From a virus (Duplodnaviria > Caudoviricetes): a stretch of DNA of 30,482 nt. Within the stretch, counting starts at the first letter, position 1; every line of letters begins with the position of its first letter. The stretch spans positions 1 to 30,482 of the IMG/VR virus record IMGVR_UViG_3300017762_000041; one strand, given 5' to 3'. Below the pieces are notes generated by a model, which was not told the DNA's origin, did not search any database, and was given only the letters and a program-made list of their open reading frames with translations. A program made the translations under genes and the position numbers. Positions 1 to 9,338 of this stretch are shown here, one piece after another.

Positions 1-189
1 AAGATATTGGGCTGACCCCAAGTTGCCACGCTTGACCCAGCCACTCCAAGTCCAAGTCTTGCGGTTGCCAGCACTATCCGGTGTCCAGCTTAGGTACTGG
101 CTTTCGTCATCGTTGAACTTGAGGGATTGCTGGGTGACTTCTTCGCCGCTTGCATACATCCACTGAGATGAACCTAAAGGTGTACTCAT
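1..189 (-). CDS. Tail/receptor-binding protein with LamG/concanavalin A-like domain, N-terminal part only (truncated by window edge)
   Basis: Not in ORF track. ATG at 189 preceded by AAGGAG. Translates MSTPLGSSQWMYASGEEVTQQSLKFNDDESQYLSWTPDSAGNRKTWTWSGWVKRG; SLxFN...YL...TWTWSxWVKR is typical of LamG-type phage tail proteins. Follows the tail fiber gene. Confidence 0.75.
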   Translation of the reverse strand, partial: MSTPLGSSQWMYASGEEVTQQSLKFNDDESQYLSWTPDSAGNRKTWTWSGWVKRGNLGSAQYL

Positions 190-201
190 AGTTTCTCTCC
201 T

Positions 202-1794
202 TTATGCAAATGCAAGTTGTGGTGTACCTAGTAGAATAGAGCCATTAGCTTTAACAATATAAGGCACAACATCATAGGCATCAGCCGTTGTTGATAATGT
301 TAGACCAGCACCGCCAGCAGTCTCATAGTCAGTGCCTAGTGATACTGTGTACCCGCCAGTGCTGTCCTGAATAAAGACAATAAAGCCAGTTTGACCTGTT
401 GTTTCTGTCGTTGGGTTAGATAACGTGACATTACCTGTCAGCGTTACAATGAAGTTTTGATAATTAGCAAAGCTAAGTGTTGTGCTTCCAGAAATGTTAG
501 ACGAAAAGTTGTTGCCTCTGACTGCTTGCCCAAATTTCACTTTAGCACCATCCACAATCAATGTGTCTGTGGTGTTTTCATCGTAACGAATGTGTGCGTC
601 TTGATCTGTGCCAAAATATAGCTTCTTATCATCAGGGATAGTTATCTCTGCGTTAGCATCAGCAGTCACAGTTTTACTAGCTTCGACTAAACCAAGCGTT
701 GTGATGTCGTTATAATTCAATTCAGTGACATCAGATGTAATACCACTTAGTGTGTTTAGTTCTGCTGCTGTGGCTGTTAAGCCAAGGTTGGTCAAAGCTG
801 TAGGCGCATCATTAAGATCAGACAAATCATTGGCAGCAGCCAACAGTCCTGATGTTGATACAGCCGCAACTTGCCAAGCTGAACCGCTGTAAACTTTTAG
901 TACGTTGCTGGTTGTATTGAAATATAAATCACCAGCGTTTAGTGCGTCACCGTCATTGTCCACCGTGGGGTCACTAGATTTTGCACCAAGGTAAGTATCA
1001 TCAAAGTTATCTGCTGCTAGTTCTGCCGCTGCCTGTGCAGCCTGTGCAGCCGTTGCAGATGTTGCTGCATTGGTTGCTTGTGTTGTAGCTACACCAGCTT
1101 GTGTAGTCGCTGTAGCGGCCTGAGTAGTAGCTGTAGTAGCACTTGTAGCAGCATTGTTCTCTGATACGAGGGCTGCTGCTGCACTAGCTGCTGCTGCCGT
1201 AGCTTGTGTGGTAGCTGTAGTAGCCCCTGTGCTAGCTGTAGTGGCAGATGTACCAGCATTAGTAGCACTTGTAGAAGCTGCTGTGGCACTAGTTGCCGCT
1301 GCTGTAGCTGACGATGCTGCTGCTGAGGCACTAGCGGCTGCTGCACTAGCAGAACCAGCTACACCATCTACATAAGCTTTTGTTGCAGCATCTGTGGTGG
1401 CTGTAGGAGTACCAACACTTTTGATAATCTTGTTCTGTGAATCCCACTTGTCATCTGAGCCTAGTGTCATACCATCGTTGGTTTTATCAATGGCTTCTTG
1501 TGCTGCGTGGAAAGTCTGTATACTAGAATTATCTAAGTCTTCCTCAGTTAGTACTGATCCTGAGGCAAAGTCCACAGCACGTGTTGCAAGGTCTGTGGTA
1601 CGCCGCACCTGTACCAGAGTTCCAGTAGCTGGTGCTGATGTTAGTTGCACAGTAGAACTAGAAGGAAAAGTTAAACCTGTCTCAGCCACACCATCTACTG
1701 TTACACTTATTTCAGATTCTGCTTGATAGGTAAAGGGGATAGAGAACTGTGTGGTAGTGTTATCCCCTGTATAGTTTTCATATGATAGTGGCAT
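202..1794 (-). CDS. Tail fiber protein (T7 gp17-like N-terminal anchor)
   Basis: N-terminus YTGDNTTTQFSIPFTY...VRRTT...VDFASGSVLTEEDLD resembles the T7 tail-fiber N-terminal domain. Ala/Thr-rich stalk; position right after the gp16-like gene. Confidence 0.9.
   Translation of the reverse strand: MPLSYENYTGDNTTTQFSIPFTYQAESEISVTVDGVAETGLTFPSSSTVQLTSAPATGTLVQVRRTTDLATRAVDFASGSVLTEEDLDNSSIQTFHAAQEAIDKTNDGMTLGSDDKWDSQNKIIKSVGTPTATTDAATKAYVDGVAGSASAAAASASAAASSATAAATSATAASTSATNAGTSATTASTGATTATTQATAAAASAAAALVSENNAATSATTATTQAATATTQAGVATTQATNAATSATAAQAAQAAAELAADNFDDTYLGAKSSDPTVDNDGDALNAGDLYFNTTSNVLKVYSGSAWQVAAVSTSGLLAAANDLSDLNDAPTALTNLGLTATAAELNTLSGITSDVTELNYNDITTLGLVEASKTVTADANAEITIPDDKKLYFGTDQDAHIRYDENTTDTLIVDGAKVKFGQAVRGNNFSSNISGSTTLSFANYQNFIVTLTGNVTLSNPTTETTGQTGFIVFIQDSTGGYTVSLGTDYETAGGAGLTLSTTADAYDVVPYIVKANGSILLGTPQLAFA
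1020..1360 (-). repeat. Low-complexity Ala/Thr/Ser-rich coding repeats (tail fiber stalk)
   Basis: Encodes SASAAAASASAAASSATAAATSATAASTSAT...ATTATTQAATATTQA; degenerate GCA/GCT/ACA/ACT repeats. Confidence 0.8.
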
Positions 1795-1806
1795 TTGTTT
1801 TCCTAT

Positions 1807-4800
1807 TTAGTTTGCTGCTTCATTAGCTACTTTGTTTAGTCCTTGCTTGACAACATATAGAGATGAAAAGGGGGCAAGTCTTAAAAACTTACGCCATTCT
1901 GATTCAGTCATGTCACCTTCTGCAAAGTTTCCTAGTGTTTGTATTGCGTTAGATGCCATTGACAAGGCTGGTGGTGTAGTTGCATAAGAGTTTCCACCCA
2001 TCATTCCTGTTGTAACCTGTGCAATGTATCCAAACACACTAGCCACACCAATAAGTTCTAGTGAGCCTTTAGTCAGGTTTTTCATACTCATACGTTCTTT
2101 GATGTACTCATCGGCATCACTACGTCCAGCCGCAGCCATCTGTACTTTTGCCATGTACATAAGAGAACCCATGAACATGCTACCCATAATAACCTTACCA
2201 ACTACAACATCTCCATGCCTAAGACGAACACCCATACGCATTGTTTGCTGTTCTAAAGCTGCTAATGGAAAGCTAAGAAACTGAAAGATAGTCTTGCCCC
2301 ATTCACTACGCAGTGTACCATTCACAGAACCTAAGTTCATTTCCTGTACGTTCTGAGTAGCTTCTCTATAAACAGAGATGGAAAAAGCTTCTCTTACATC
2401 CTCACCTGAAACACCCTTGGCAGATTTAATATCCCACTTATCTATATTCAAAGACTGTAGAACCTTGCCGTTGTTTCTTGTTGTAGCATGTTTTTTAATG
2501 TTAGCAAAGATTGCATCTGCCACATCATCATCAATACCAAGCTGTTCCATCTTGATCTTTGAGAATGGTGGCTTGCCTTGTGCTGCTGCCCTAGTCCACT
2601 GTGAAGAATAGTTTAGCATAGACATACGGCGTAGGCTAGCTGTTACTCCTGACAAACCTGAGAGTATAGAGACTTTCTCTCTAGCCCTACCAAGTAGTTC
2701 ATCGTGGAAAGTTACAGCCTCAGGCATCATAGCTGCATCCATATCGCCACCCTCAAAACGAGAGGCACGATTAAATTTAGATGTAACTACATCACCACCT
2801 AGTCCTGTCATTACTTCTAGTTCACGTAACAACTTATCATCAAGCTGACCATTAGCTGCTTTACTATAAAGCTTACGATACTGAGGCATGGTACGTAGTA
2901 AGACTGGTAGTGAGTACTCTAACAGAGAGTTAGTCAACTCCATCATAGCTGCCATACCTGACATGCCCATATTGGTAATAAAGCTATACTCACGTATACG
3001 TCTGTTTAGCCTTCTTACGCCATCACTAACATCCTGCTTGAATACGTGTTGACCAGTGATTCCATCATACATATACTGTAAAGCTTTTTCTTCTGCTTCA
3101 GTACCTGTTATACCTTGTTCAACATTCTCTTTCTTAATCTTAGCTAAGAAATCATCAAAGGATGAACCAGCAGCATTAGTGTTAATACCGTTACGTGCTA
3201 ATCCGATACCACTTGACATCTGGAATACGTAAGCATTGTGTAGGTTTTCAATGTCGTTCTCTAGTAACTCAGAGAAAGACAGTTCTTCTACATCACCATT
3301 AACAGTTTTAGCATTAATTGTTACATTCTCATCCAATACTAAGCGAGGTTGTGCGCGTTTATGTGCGCGTAGTCCTTTAGACTTGGTTACTGCTTCTAGT
3401 ACACCAATGATAACGTCTTCGTCTAGTTCCTCTTTCTTTAAGGCAGCAGTCAAATCTTCTACTGATAAATCTAGGCCACCTACGTTACCGCCCTTTTTAA
3501 AAGGCCGTGACATTACTGTCTTAGCATAGCCAGTAGCCATCTTACGAATGTAGTTATTGATTGCTTTCTGAGTAACACGTTTACTTTTAGCAGTGGTCAA
3601 TGCCCTACGTACAGCATCCTCAATGTCAGGCTGTCCAGAACGTATAGCTTTTTCCACCAAGTCTGTTACAGCTACGTTGTCATCGCCAAACTTAGCACGT
3701 ATCTTAGTAATACCGTTATCACTAAAAAGCCTAGGTAGATAGTTAGGGTGGTTGTCTAAGATACCTGTAGTAAAACCTGCTACATTATTCTTAATAGCTA
3801 ACTCACCTAATTCTCTTTGCTGCTTATGTACATCGTCTGCTACTTTCCGTACTTCTGTAGGCACAATAGCATTAGGATCACGCATAGCTTTTGATACTAA
3901 TACGTTAAAGTCTTGTACTGAACCACCACTACCTGCCATCCAAGCCTTACGGTTTACTGTTAAGCTACGTGCAAAACCTGTACGGTATTTACTTTCTAGA
4001 TAAGCCTTAACCTCAGATGCAGATGGGTTTACCACCTCACCTGACTTGTTACCTGTACTATTCAATCCCAGCTTATCTGCACCAAGGCGTATAAATCCGT
4101 TAGACGATTGCTTGGCTCTAACAAAGGGAGATACCAAGCTACGTAAAGCATCTAGTCTAACAGCCTTGGTAAAGGCATTGCTGCCTCTCTGGAAGGATAC
4201 AGTACGTGCCTGTTCTGCTGTAATCTCGTTGATAGACTTAGTACCTAGTCCAGCAAAGTCACCTGTCGCAGCTTCTTGTGCAATAATCTTGTTAGTAAGT
4301 TCTTCACCTGAGTTAGCTTTTAGCAAAGCCTGTTCATCAGGCGTAAGCACCTCACCAAGCGCACTACGCTGTGCTAGCTGATGTACCTTGGCTCGTTTAG
4401 CAAAAGTCATTCCAGCGGCACTTATACCACCCTGTAGACCTGCACCAAACAGTCCAGCAAGCATTACATCACCGCCATCAATATCGTACTTCATCGAAGC
4501 ACGTATACCTTCAAACACTGCTGCCTCTGCTGCACCTAATCCAGCACCTATCTTCAAGGCTCTATATACATTGTAACCCTTCTTCAGTGATCTACCTGCT
4601 TGCACAGCAGTTCCAGCGACAGCCGTAGCTGTACCAGTAACAGGCGCAGCAGGACCACTGATAGCTGACACAGCAGCCGTGGTTCCTACGATACCTGCCA
4701 CCTCAGTTGGGTCAGTCATAGCAGCTAGTATTGTAGCCCCTATGCCTCTCCAACCAGCAGCGGCTAGTTCTTCTCTGTTCTTAGAAGTCTTACGATAGTC

Positions 4801-5160
4801 CTCTGCCATTGTCATAGCATAGTCAAGGCTCTCAGACCTAGCCGCATCAAATATATCTTCGATGGCTCTTTCGTCTGTCAACCCCGCAGTGAGGGCATCT
4901 GACATTTCAGTAGTAATCTCTGTTACAGGATTGTAAGGATTGGCTGAGAATCTATACAGATTACGAGATGCAATAGCATCAATGTGTTCTTCTTCTCTAG
5001 CCTTGCTATACAACGTAGAGAAATCTGTTTGTTCGTTAGAGATTTCTTCCTGACGTTTCATAGCCTCAAGAGAGTTTTCACTTATACGAGAGACAAAGGG
5101 ACTAGGTAAAGGTTTACCAAATCCCAACTTCTCTTGTGTTTCCTTAGAAATCTCAGCCAT
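1807..5160 (-). CDS. Internal virion (ejection) protein D, T7 gp16-like
   Basis: 1117 aa ORF directly upstream of the tail fiber; contains NYLPR and GKTIFQFLSFP segments and hydrophobic Gly/Ala helices typical of ejection proteins. Call is mainly by synteny. Confidence 0.8.
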   Translation of the reverse strand: MAEISKETQEKLGFGKPLPSPFVSRISENSLEAMKRQEEISNEQTDFSTLYSKAREEEHIDAIASRNLYRFSANPYNPVTEITTEMSDALTAGLTDERAIEDIFDAARSESLDYAMTMAEDYRKTSKNREELAAAGWRGIGATILAAMTDPTEVAGIVGTTAAVSAISGPAAPVTGTATAVAGTAVQAGRSLKKGYNVYRALKIGAGLGAAEAAVFEGIRASMKYDIDGGDVMLAGLFGAGLQGGISAAGMTFAKRAKVHQLAQRSALGEVLTPDEQALLKANSGEELTNKIIAQEAATGDFAGLGTKSINEITAEQARTVSFQRGSNAFTKAVRLDALRSLVSPFVRAKQSSNGFIRLGADKLGLNSTGNKSGEVVNPSASEVKAYLESKYRTGFARSLTVNRKAWMAGSGGSVQDFNVLVSKAMRDPNAIVPTEVRKVADDVHKQQRELGELAIKNNVAGFTTGILDNHPNYLPRLFSDNGITKIRAKFGDDNVAVTDLVEKAIRSGQPDIEDAVRRALTTAKSKRVTQKAINNYIRKMATGYAKTVMSRPFKKGGNVGGLDLSVEDLTAALKKEELDEDVIIGVLEAVTKSKGLRAHKRAQPRLVLDENVTINAKTVNGDVEELSFSELLENDIENLHNAYVFQMSSGIGLARNGINTNAAGSSFDDFLAKIKKENVEQGITGTEAEEKALQYMYDGITGQHVFKQDVSDGVRRLNRRIREYSFITNMGMSGMAAMMELTNSLLEYSLPVLLRTMPQYRKLYSKAANGQLDDKLLRELEVMTGLGGDVVTSKFNRASRFEGGDMDAAMMPEAVTFHDELLGRAREKVSILSGLSGVTASLRRMSMLNYSSQWTRAAAQGKPPFSKIKMEQLGIDDDVADAIFANIKKHATTRNNGKVLQSLNIDKWDIKSAKGVSGEDVREAFSISVYREATQNVQEMNLGSVNGTLRSEWGKTIFQFLSFPLAALEQQTMRMGVRLRHGDVVVGKVIMGSMFMGSLMYMAKVQMAAAGRSDADEYIKERMSMKNLTKGSLELIGVASVFGYIAQVTTGMMGGNSYATTPPALSMASNAIQTLGNFAEGDMTESEWRKFLRLAPFSSLYVVKQGLNKVANEAAN

Positions 5161-5164
5161 TATG

Positions 5165-8100
5165 TTATCCTTTTACAGCCGCAGCCATTTCTTCCGCACG
5201 GTTAGGTGTCTGTTGATACCATTTTGTTTTAGTAGTAGAACCATCTGCCTTGCGATTGTAAAGCATATTAAAGGCTGCTTCTTCTAAGGCTGCTGTTTGT
5301 TCTGCTGAACCCTCAGGTGCAGAAGCAGCTTCCTTGATAGCCTTCATAAAGCTAGGCCAGCTAGATGGAAGATTAGGCGCACCTAATTGATAAGCCATAC
5401 TCATTACACCTAGTTGAGTTTCCTCAGGCAGTGCTTCAAAGTTAGTAATCTCATCAGCTAAGAAGGTACTAATCTTCCTAGTCTTCAGTTCCATAACTGC
5501 ATCAGCTTCTTCTTGTGTAATGTTTTCTACATCAGCAATTAAAGCTAGTTCATCAGGCTCTAGTGCAGGTAAATAGAAACCGTAACCTACTGAACGGTCT
5601 TTACCATCCTTGTAAGGTGAAGGCTCAAACCCCTCTTGGGATTTAATTAGATTACCTGCTTTTTCTGCAACGGTATTACCTGTCATATCTGCTACTTTTC
5701 CTGTTTGATCTTTAAATATTGTTCTAGTGGTTTCGCTAGGTGCTGTTTCGCTGGCTAGTGTAGCTGCTTGTGCTTCCTCACCTGCAAAGAAAGAACCTGC
5801 TGAATCTACCAGACTAGCAAAGAAACTTTCAGCTTTATCATCAGATATGCCCTGTTCCTTAGCCTTACTAATAACACTTTCCTTTACCTTCTTGTCTTTA
5901 AACATATCAGTAAAAGCGTTCATTAGGTTTACTTCACCAACCTCAAAGAAAGGCTTTTCTTCTACCTGATTAGCCTCATCAGTTTCGCTTGCTTCAGCTT
6001 CAGCCTGAGTACGTAGAACCATAAGGGCTTCGTTCTCAGCCTTAATAGCCTCATCCTCTGGGGATACGCCTATCATTTTATTTAATGATGCACGTACTTC
6101 TCGTAGTGCGTTAGCTTCATCAGGTGCAATACCTGTTCTAGCTTCTATCTCATCATCATCAAGATTACCTAAGTCAGCTAGATCAATAGTTGTAAACACA
6201 CCCCTATTGGCTGTAAACTCTGATTCTCTGTTAGCCTCTACTCGTAGACGTTCAACCATCATCTCCTGAGATAGTGTACCTAATTCAGAGAAAGCTACAG
6301 TGTCAATAACAAAGGGTGGTGCAGCACCATCTTCAGCCTCAATAATAATGTCCACAGCATTAGGGTTAGAAGGATTTACTTTCATAGAAAGGCCAGCACC
6401 CTCGCCACGTACACTTCTAACTAAGCTGTTTATCTCAGGTACTAGCATGGCTTCATTCAGATAGTCAGCCGCTGCTTTCTCTTGACCTGCATACTGCTTG
6501 ATGTCTGTGTTTAACAGAGGCACAGCACGTTTAACACCGTTGGTACTTTCTACTACCAGCCAGTCTTCTTCAAGATAGCCAGCCGCTAGTTCCATAGCTT
6601 TTTCAGCAGACATACCGTCAGCCCTTACCAAAGCCTGTACAACATCCTTAAACTGTGCTAATACTTCTGCTGGGTTTTCTATGTCGTTGTACTTAGAACC
6701 AGACCACCATGAATCATCTGTTGCGTCTAACATCTTATCAAGAGTTACACGTGAACCTGCATCTTTATATAGTTCACCCTGCACTGCATTTAGTGCTTGA
6801 TCAAACTCTCTACCAGCAGGACCAGATAAAATATCTAGGGTACGCATACGCAGTAAGTCATCTTCTTTCAACGTCTTACTACGCTTAGTCAGACCTGATG
6901 ATAAACTCTCTACAGTACGATACGCAGCAAAAGCTTGCGATGCTAGCTGCATGTCTTTCTCTGGATTACCAGTAGAAGTAGTTAGTACTGAAGCACCACT
7001 GCTAATTGCGTTCTTATACTGTGTAGGCATAACCTGAAAGGGTGTGTAGAACTCATCAAATGATTTAACTAAGTGTGCCTGTTCTACAACAGCAGGGTTA
7101 GCTGATGGATCACCACGCTTAAACTCAGGGCTAGCTGCGTTCACAATGTCTTGCGTTACCGCTAGCTTTGCTTCTAGTTCTTTTGCATTGTTAGCTTCGT
7201 AAGCAGTTTGTACATCTTCTGCTGTAATCTTTCTTGTTGTACCAGTCACTGGATGTGTCATCTCAGTACCAATAGCTAGATCACCCTGTTGTCCTGTGTT
7301 TACATAACTTGCTAAACGCTGGTTTATAATATCTGCAAAGTAAGCATCTTCACCAGCCTTGGCTCTTTTCTTAGCCATACTAGCTTCGTTTTTTCTAATA
7401 CGAGTTACTGCATCAGCATACTCAGCTACACCAAAACGGTTTAAGGATTCAGGTGACTGTAACCAATCTGTTAAGGCTGTTTCGCCCATCATACCAGACT
7501 GCTTGTCTGCTAAATCCATAAGCTTATCATTAAGGCCTTTTTTATCCCTACCTGTTTTAAAGTAGTCTGATATTAGAGTGTTAATTAGTTGTGCTTGTGC
7601 CTTTCTAGGCATGTTAGGGTCTGTAGTAATCTTTGTAATTTTATCTAGTACTACAGCATCTGCTTTATCTAAGTCATATGTAGCCTTAGCTTGGTTATAT
7701 CCAGCAGCAGGATCAGCAAAGAACTTAATAGTACCTAGTTCTAAGTCTTCTTTAATTGCTGTTATGATAGCTGGGTTAGTTCCAGCATCCTCAAGCTTTG
7801 TTAAGTAATCTGTAAAGTAACCCTGCCTATCAGCAGCCATTCTTTCTGGACCAGCTTCAAGGTAAAATTCTTTGTTTTGTTCGTACTGATTTACTGACTC
7901 AGATAACAAATCTGTTACAGCAATCTTTGCTTGGAAGGCTTGCTTTTCTGCAATACCTGCCTGTACTTCTCTGCCTAGTTGCTGCTGCCTTTGTCTTTTT
8001 ATTTCAGCATCTGCTTTAATAGCAGGTGTAATGGCATTAACAAAATCAGCTAAAGGGTTTGATACTTGTTTCTCAGCAGGTCTAGTATATGTCTCTACTG

Positions 8101-8167
8101 GTGCAGCCGTTGGCCTTACAGCAGCCGTAGCCTGTAAAGGTGCTACCTGTACTCTTTGTTTAGCCAT
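5165..8167 (-). CDS. Internal virion protein C (gp15-like) with C-terminal T4-lysozyme-like muramidase domain
   Basis: Synteny; C-terminal LIKSQEGFEPSPYKDGKDRSVGYG...MAYQLG...KWYQQTPNRA matches T4 lysozyme/GH24 hallmarks (E..D active site, WYxQTPNRA). Confidence 0.85.
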   Translation of the reverse strand: MAKQRVQVAPLQATAAVRPTAAPVETYTRPAEKQVSNPLADFVNAITPAIKADAEIKRQRQQQLGREVQAGIAEKQAFQAKIAVTDLLSESVNQYEQNKEFYLEAGPERMAADRQGYFTDYLTKLEDAGTNPAIITAIKEDLELGTIKFFADPAAGYNQAKATYDLDKADAVVLDKITKITTDPNMPRKAQAQLINTLISDYFKTGRDKKGLNDKLMDLADKQSGMMGETALTDWLQSPESLNRFGVAEYADAVTRIRKNEASMAKKRAKAGEDAYFADIINQRLASYVNTGQQGDLAIGTEMTHPVTGTTRKITAEDVQTAYEANNAKELEAKLAVTQDIVNAASPEFKRGDPSANPAVVEQAHLVKSFDEFYTPFQVMPTQYKNAISSGASVLTTSTGNPEKDMQLASQAFAAYRTVESLSSGLTKRSKTLKEDDLLRMRTLDILSGPAGREFDQALNAVQGELYKDAGSRVTLDKMLDATDDSWWSGSKYNDIENPAEVLAQFKDVVQALVRADGMSAEKAMELAAGYLEEDWLVVESTNGVKRAVPLLNTDIKQYAGQEKAAADYLNEAMLVPEINSLVRSVRGEGAGLSMKVNPSNPNAVDIIIEAEDGAAPPFVIDTVAFSELGTLSQEMMVERLRVEANRESEFTANRGVFTTIDLADLGNLDDDEIEARTGIAPDEANALREVRASLNKMIGVSPEDEAIKAENEALMVLRTQAEAEASETDEANQVEEKPFFEVGEVNLMNAFTDMFKDKKVKESVISKAKEQGISDDKAESFFASLVDSAGSFFAGEEAQAATLASETAPSETTRTIFKDQTGKVADMTGNTVAEKAGNLIKSQEGFEPSPYKDGKDRSVGYGFYLPALEPDELALIADVENITQEEADAVMELKTRKISTFLADEITNFEALPEETQLGVMSMAYQLGAPNLPSSWPSFMKAIKEAASAPEGSAEQTAALEEAAFNMLYNRKADGSTTKTKWYQQTPNRAEEMAAAVKG

Positions 8168-8176
8168 GATCTATCC

Positions 8177-8881
8177 TTATTGAAAGAGTGTGACATTGCC
8201 ACCCTGATTAAGTACATTTGCACCTAATGAGTTTGGTAAAAAGCCACTAGCTGCTGACATAGTAGGTCCACCTGTCCAGCTTATACTAGATGCTGAGGGT
8301 AGACTAGGGACAACTGATGGTACTATCTTACCTACTTCAGTTTGTATGTCCACCATTTGTTTTGCAATATTCTTAGGGTCTAATGCTTCTGCCTGTTTCA
8401 TGCCAGCATAAGCTTGTGCGCCAGCTTTAACAGCATAGGCTAGAAAGTTTGGTGCTTGTCCACGTGGCAGGGAGTTAATTCTATTTACAGCCTCAGCACT
8501 AGCACCTAGCTTTTCTAATTCAATCTGATTACGTAAGGCTTCTGTCTGTGCGTTGACTGTGGTAACTCCACGCAAACGTGCAGTCTCAAACTCTGATACT
8601 GTTCTGTCTACAGAGGAACCAGAAACCCCTGATTCACCTGCGGCTACTGCTGCCCTCTCTTGTCTTCGTAAGGCTTCAAGTGATAGTTGTTGTTTCTGTG
8701 CTGCGGCTGCTTCACCTTCTTGGATCATACGTGTATTAAGAGATTGTATCTTTAGGTCACGTGCAGCGGCAGCATTAATACGGTTCTGTTGATAACGTGC
8801 TTCATCTTGTTTAGCTTTAGCACTAGCACCAAAGAAATCCGCAACAGTGCCACCAATGGCAAGCATGGTCATTGGGTCCAT
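8177..8881 (-). CDS. Internal virion protein B (gp14-like)
   Basis: MDPMTMLAIG N-terminus, AAGESGVSGSSV motif, helical Gln/Ala-rich body, synteny. Confidence 0.85.
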   Translation of the reverse strand: MDPMTMLAIGGTVADFFGASAKAKQDEARYQQNRINAAAARDLKIQSLNTRMIQEGEAAAAQKQQLSLEALRRQERAAVAAGESGVSGSSVDRTVSEFETARLRGVTTVNAQTEALRNQIELEKLGASAEAVNRINSLPRGQAPNFLAYAVKAGAQAYAGMKQAEALDPKNIAKQMVDIQTEVGKIVPSVVPSLPSASSISWTGGPTMSAASGFLPNSLGANVLNQGGNVTLFQ

Positions 8882-8882
8882 T

Positions 8883-9338
8883 TTATATCCTCACAAATTC
8901 TAAGAAGGGTTTATTCCCTTCGCCATACGTTTCATGGCGTTTAATAAAAGTAAACCCTACGAACCTTAACCACTTTAAAGCTACGTGGTATCGTTCATCA
9001 CAGGCGTTGGTAAGTACAGGGTATTTTAGGTTAGCGTCTGCTACCCATTGTTTAGATTGACGTAGAAATGGTAGCCATACTTTATGTATTGCTGGGCTAG
9101 TAAGTAGCCAAGGCGTTGCTACCATGTCATCCATCTCACACAGACCATACATACCTGCAATCTCGTTTGTATCTGTTACTATAATAGTGTAACACTCCTC
9201 AGAGTAATCAAAACCATCTTGTAGTCCTTGTTTAACATCGCCATGTGAGGATAACACCTCTAGCCTGTCTTCTTCTCTAAGGTTAGAAGCTAGGTAGTCT
9301 ACATCAGACTGGATACTATCTCTCACATGGACTTTCAT
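8883..9338 (-). CDS. Internal virion protein A / gp13-like (acetyltransferase-like fold)
   Basis: LREEDRLEV, PWLL, WLRFVGFTF and PFLEFVRI motifs typical of the gp13 family; position after gp12. Confidence 0.85.
   Translation of the reverse strand: MKVHVRDSIQSDVDYLASNLREEDRLEVLSSHGDVKQGLQDGFDYSEECYTIIVTDTNEIAGMYGLCEMDDMVATPWLLTSPAIHKVWLPFLRQSKQWVADANLKYPVLTNACDERYHVALKWLRFVGFTFIKRHETYGEGNKPFLEFVRI

Noticed and set aside
1020-1360. Repetitive GCT/GCA-rich tract as a possible CRISPR or DGR repeat
   Set aside because: Explained by Ala/Thr-rich coding; no fixed repeat-spacer period, no template/variable repeat pair and no reverse transcriptase in the window.
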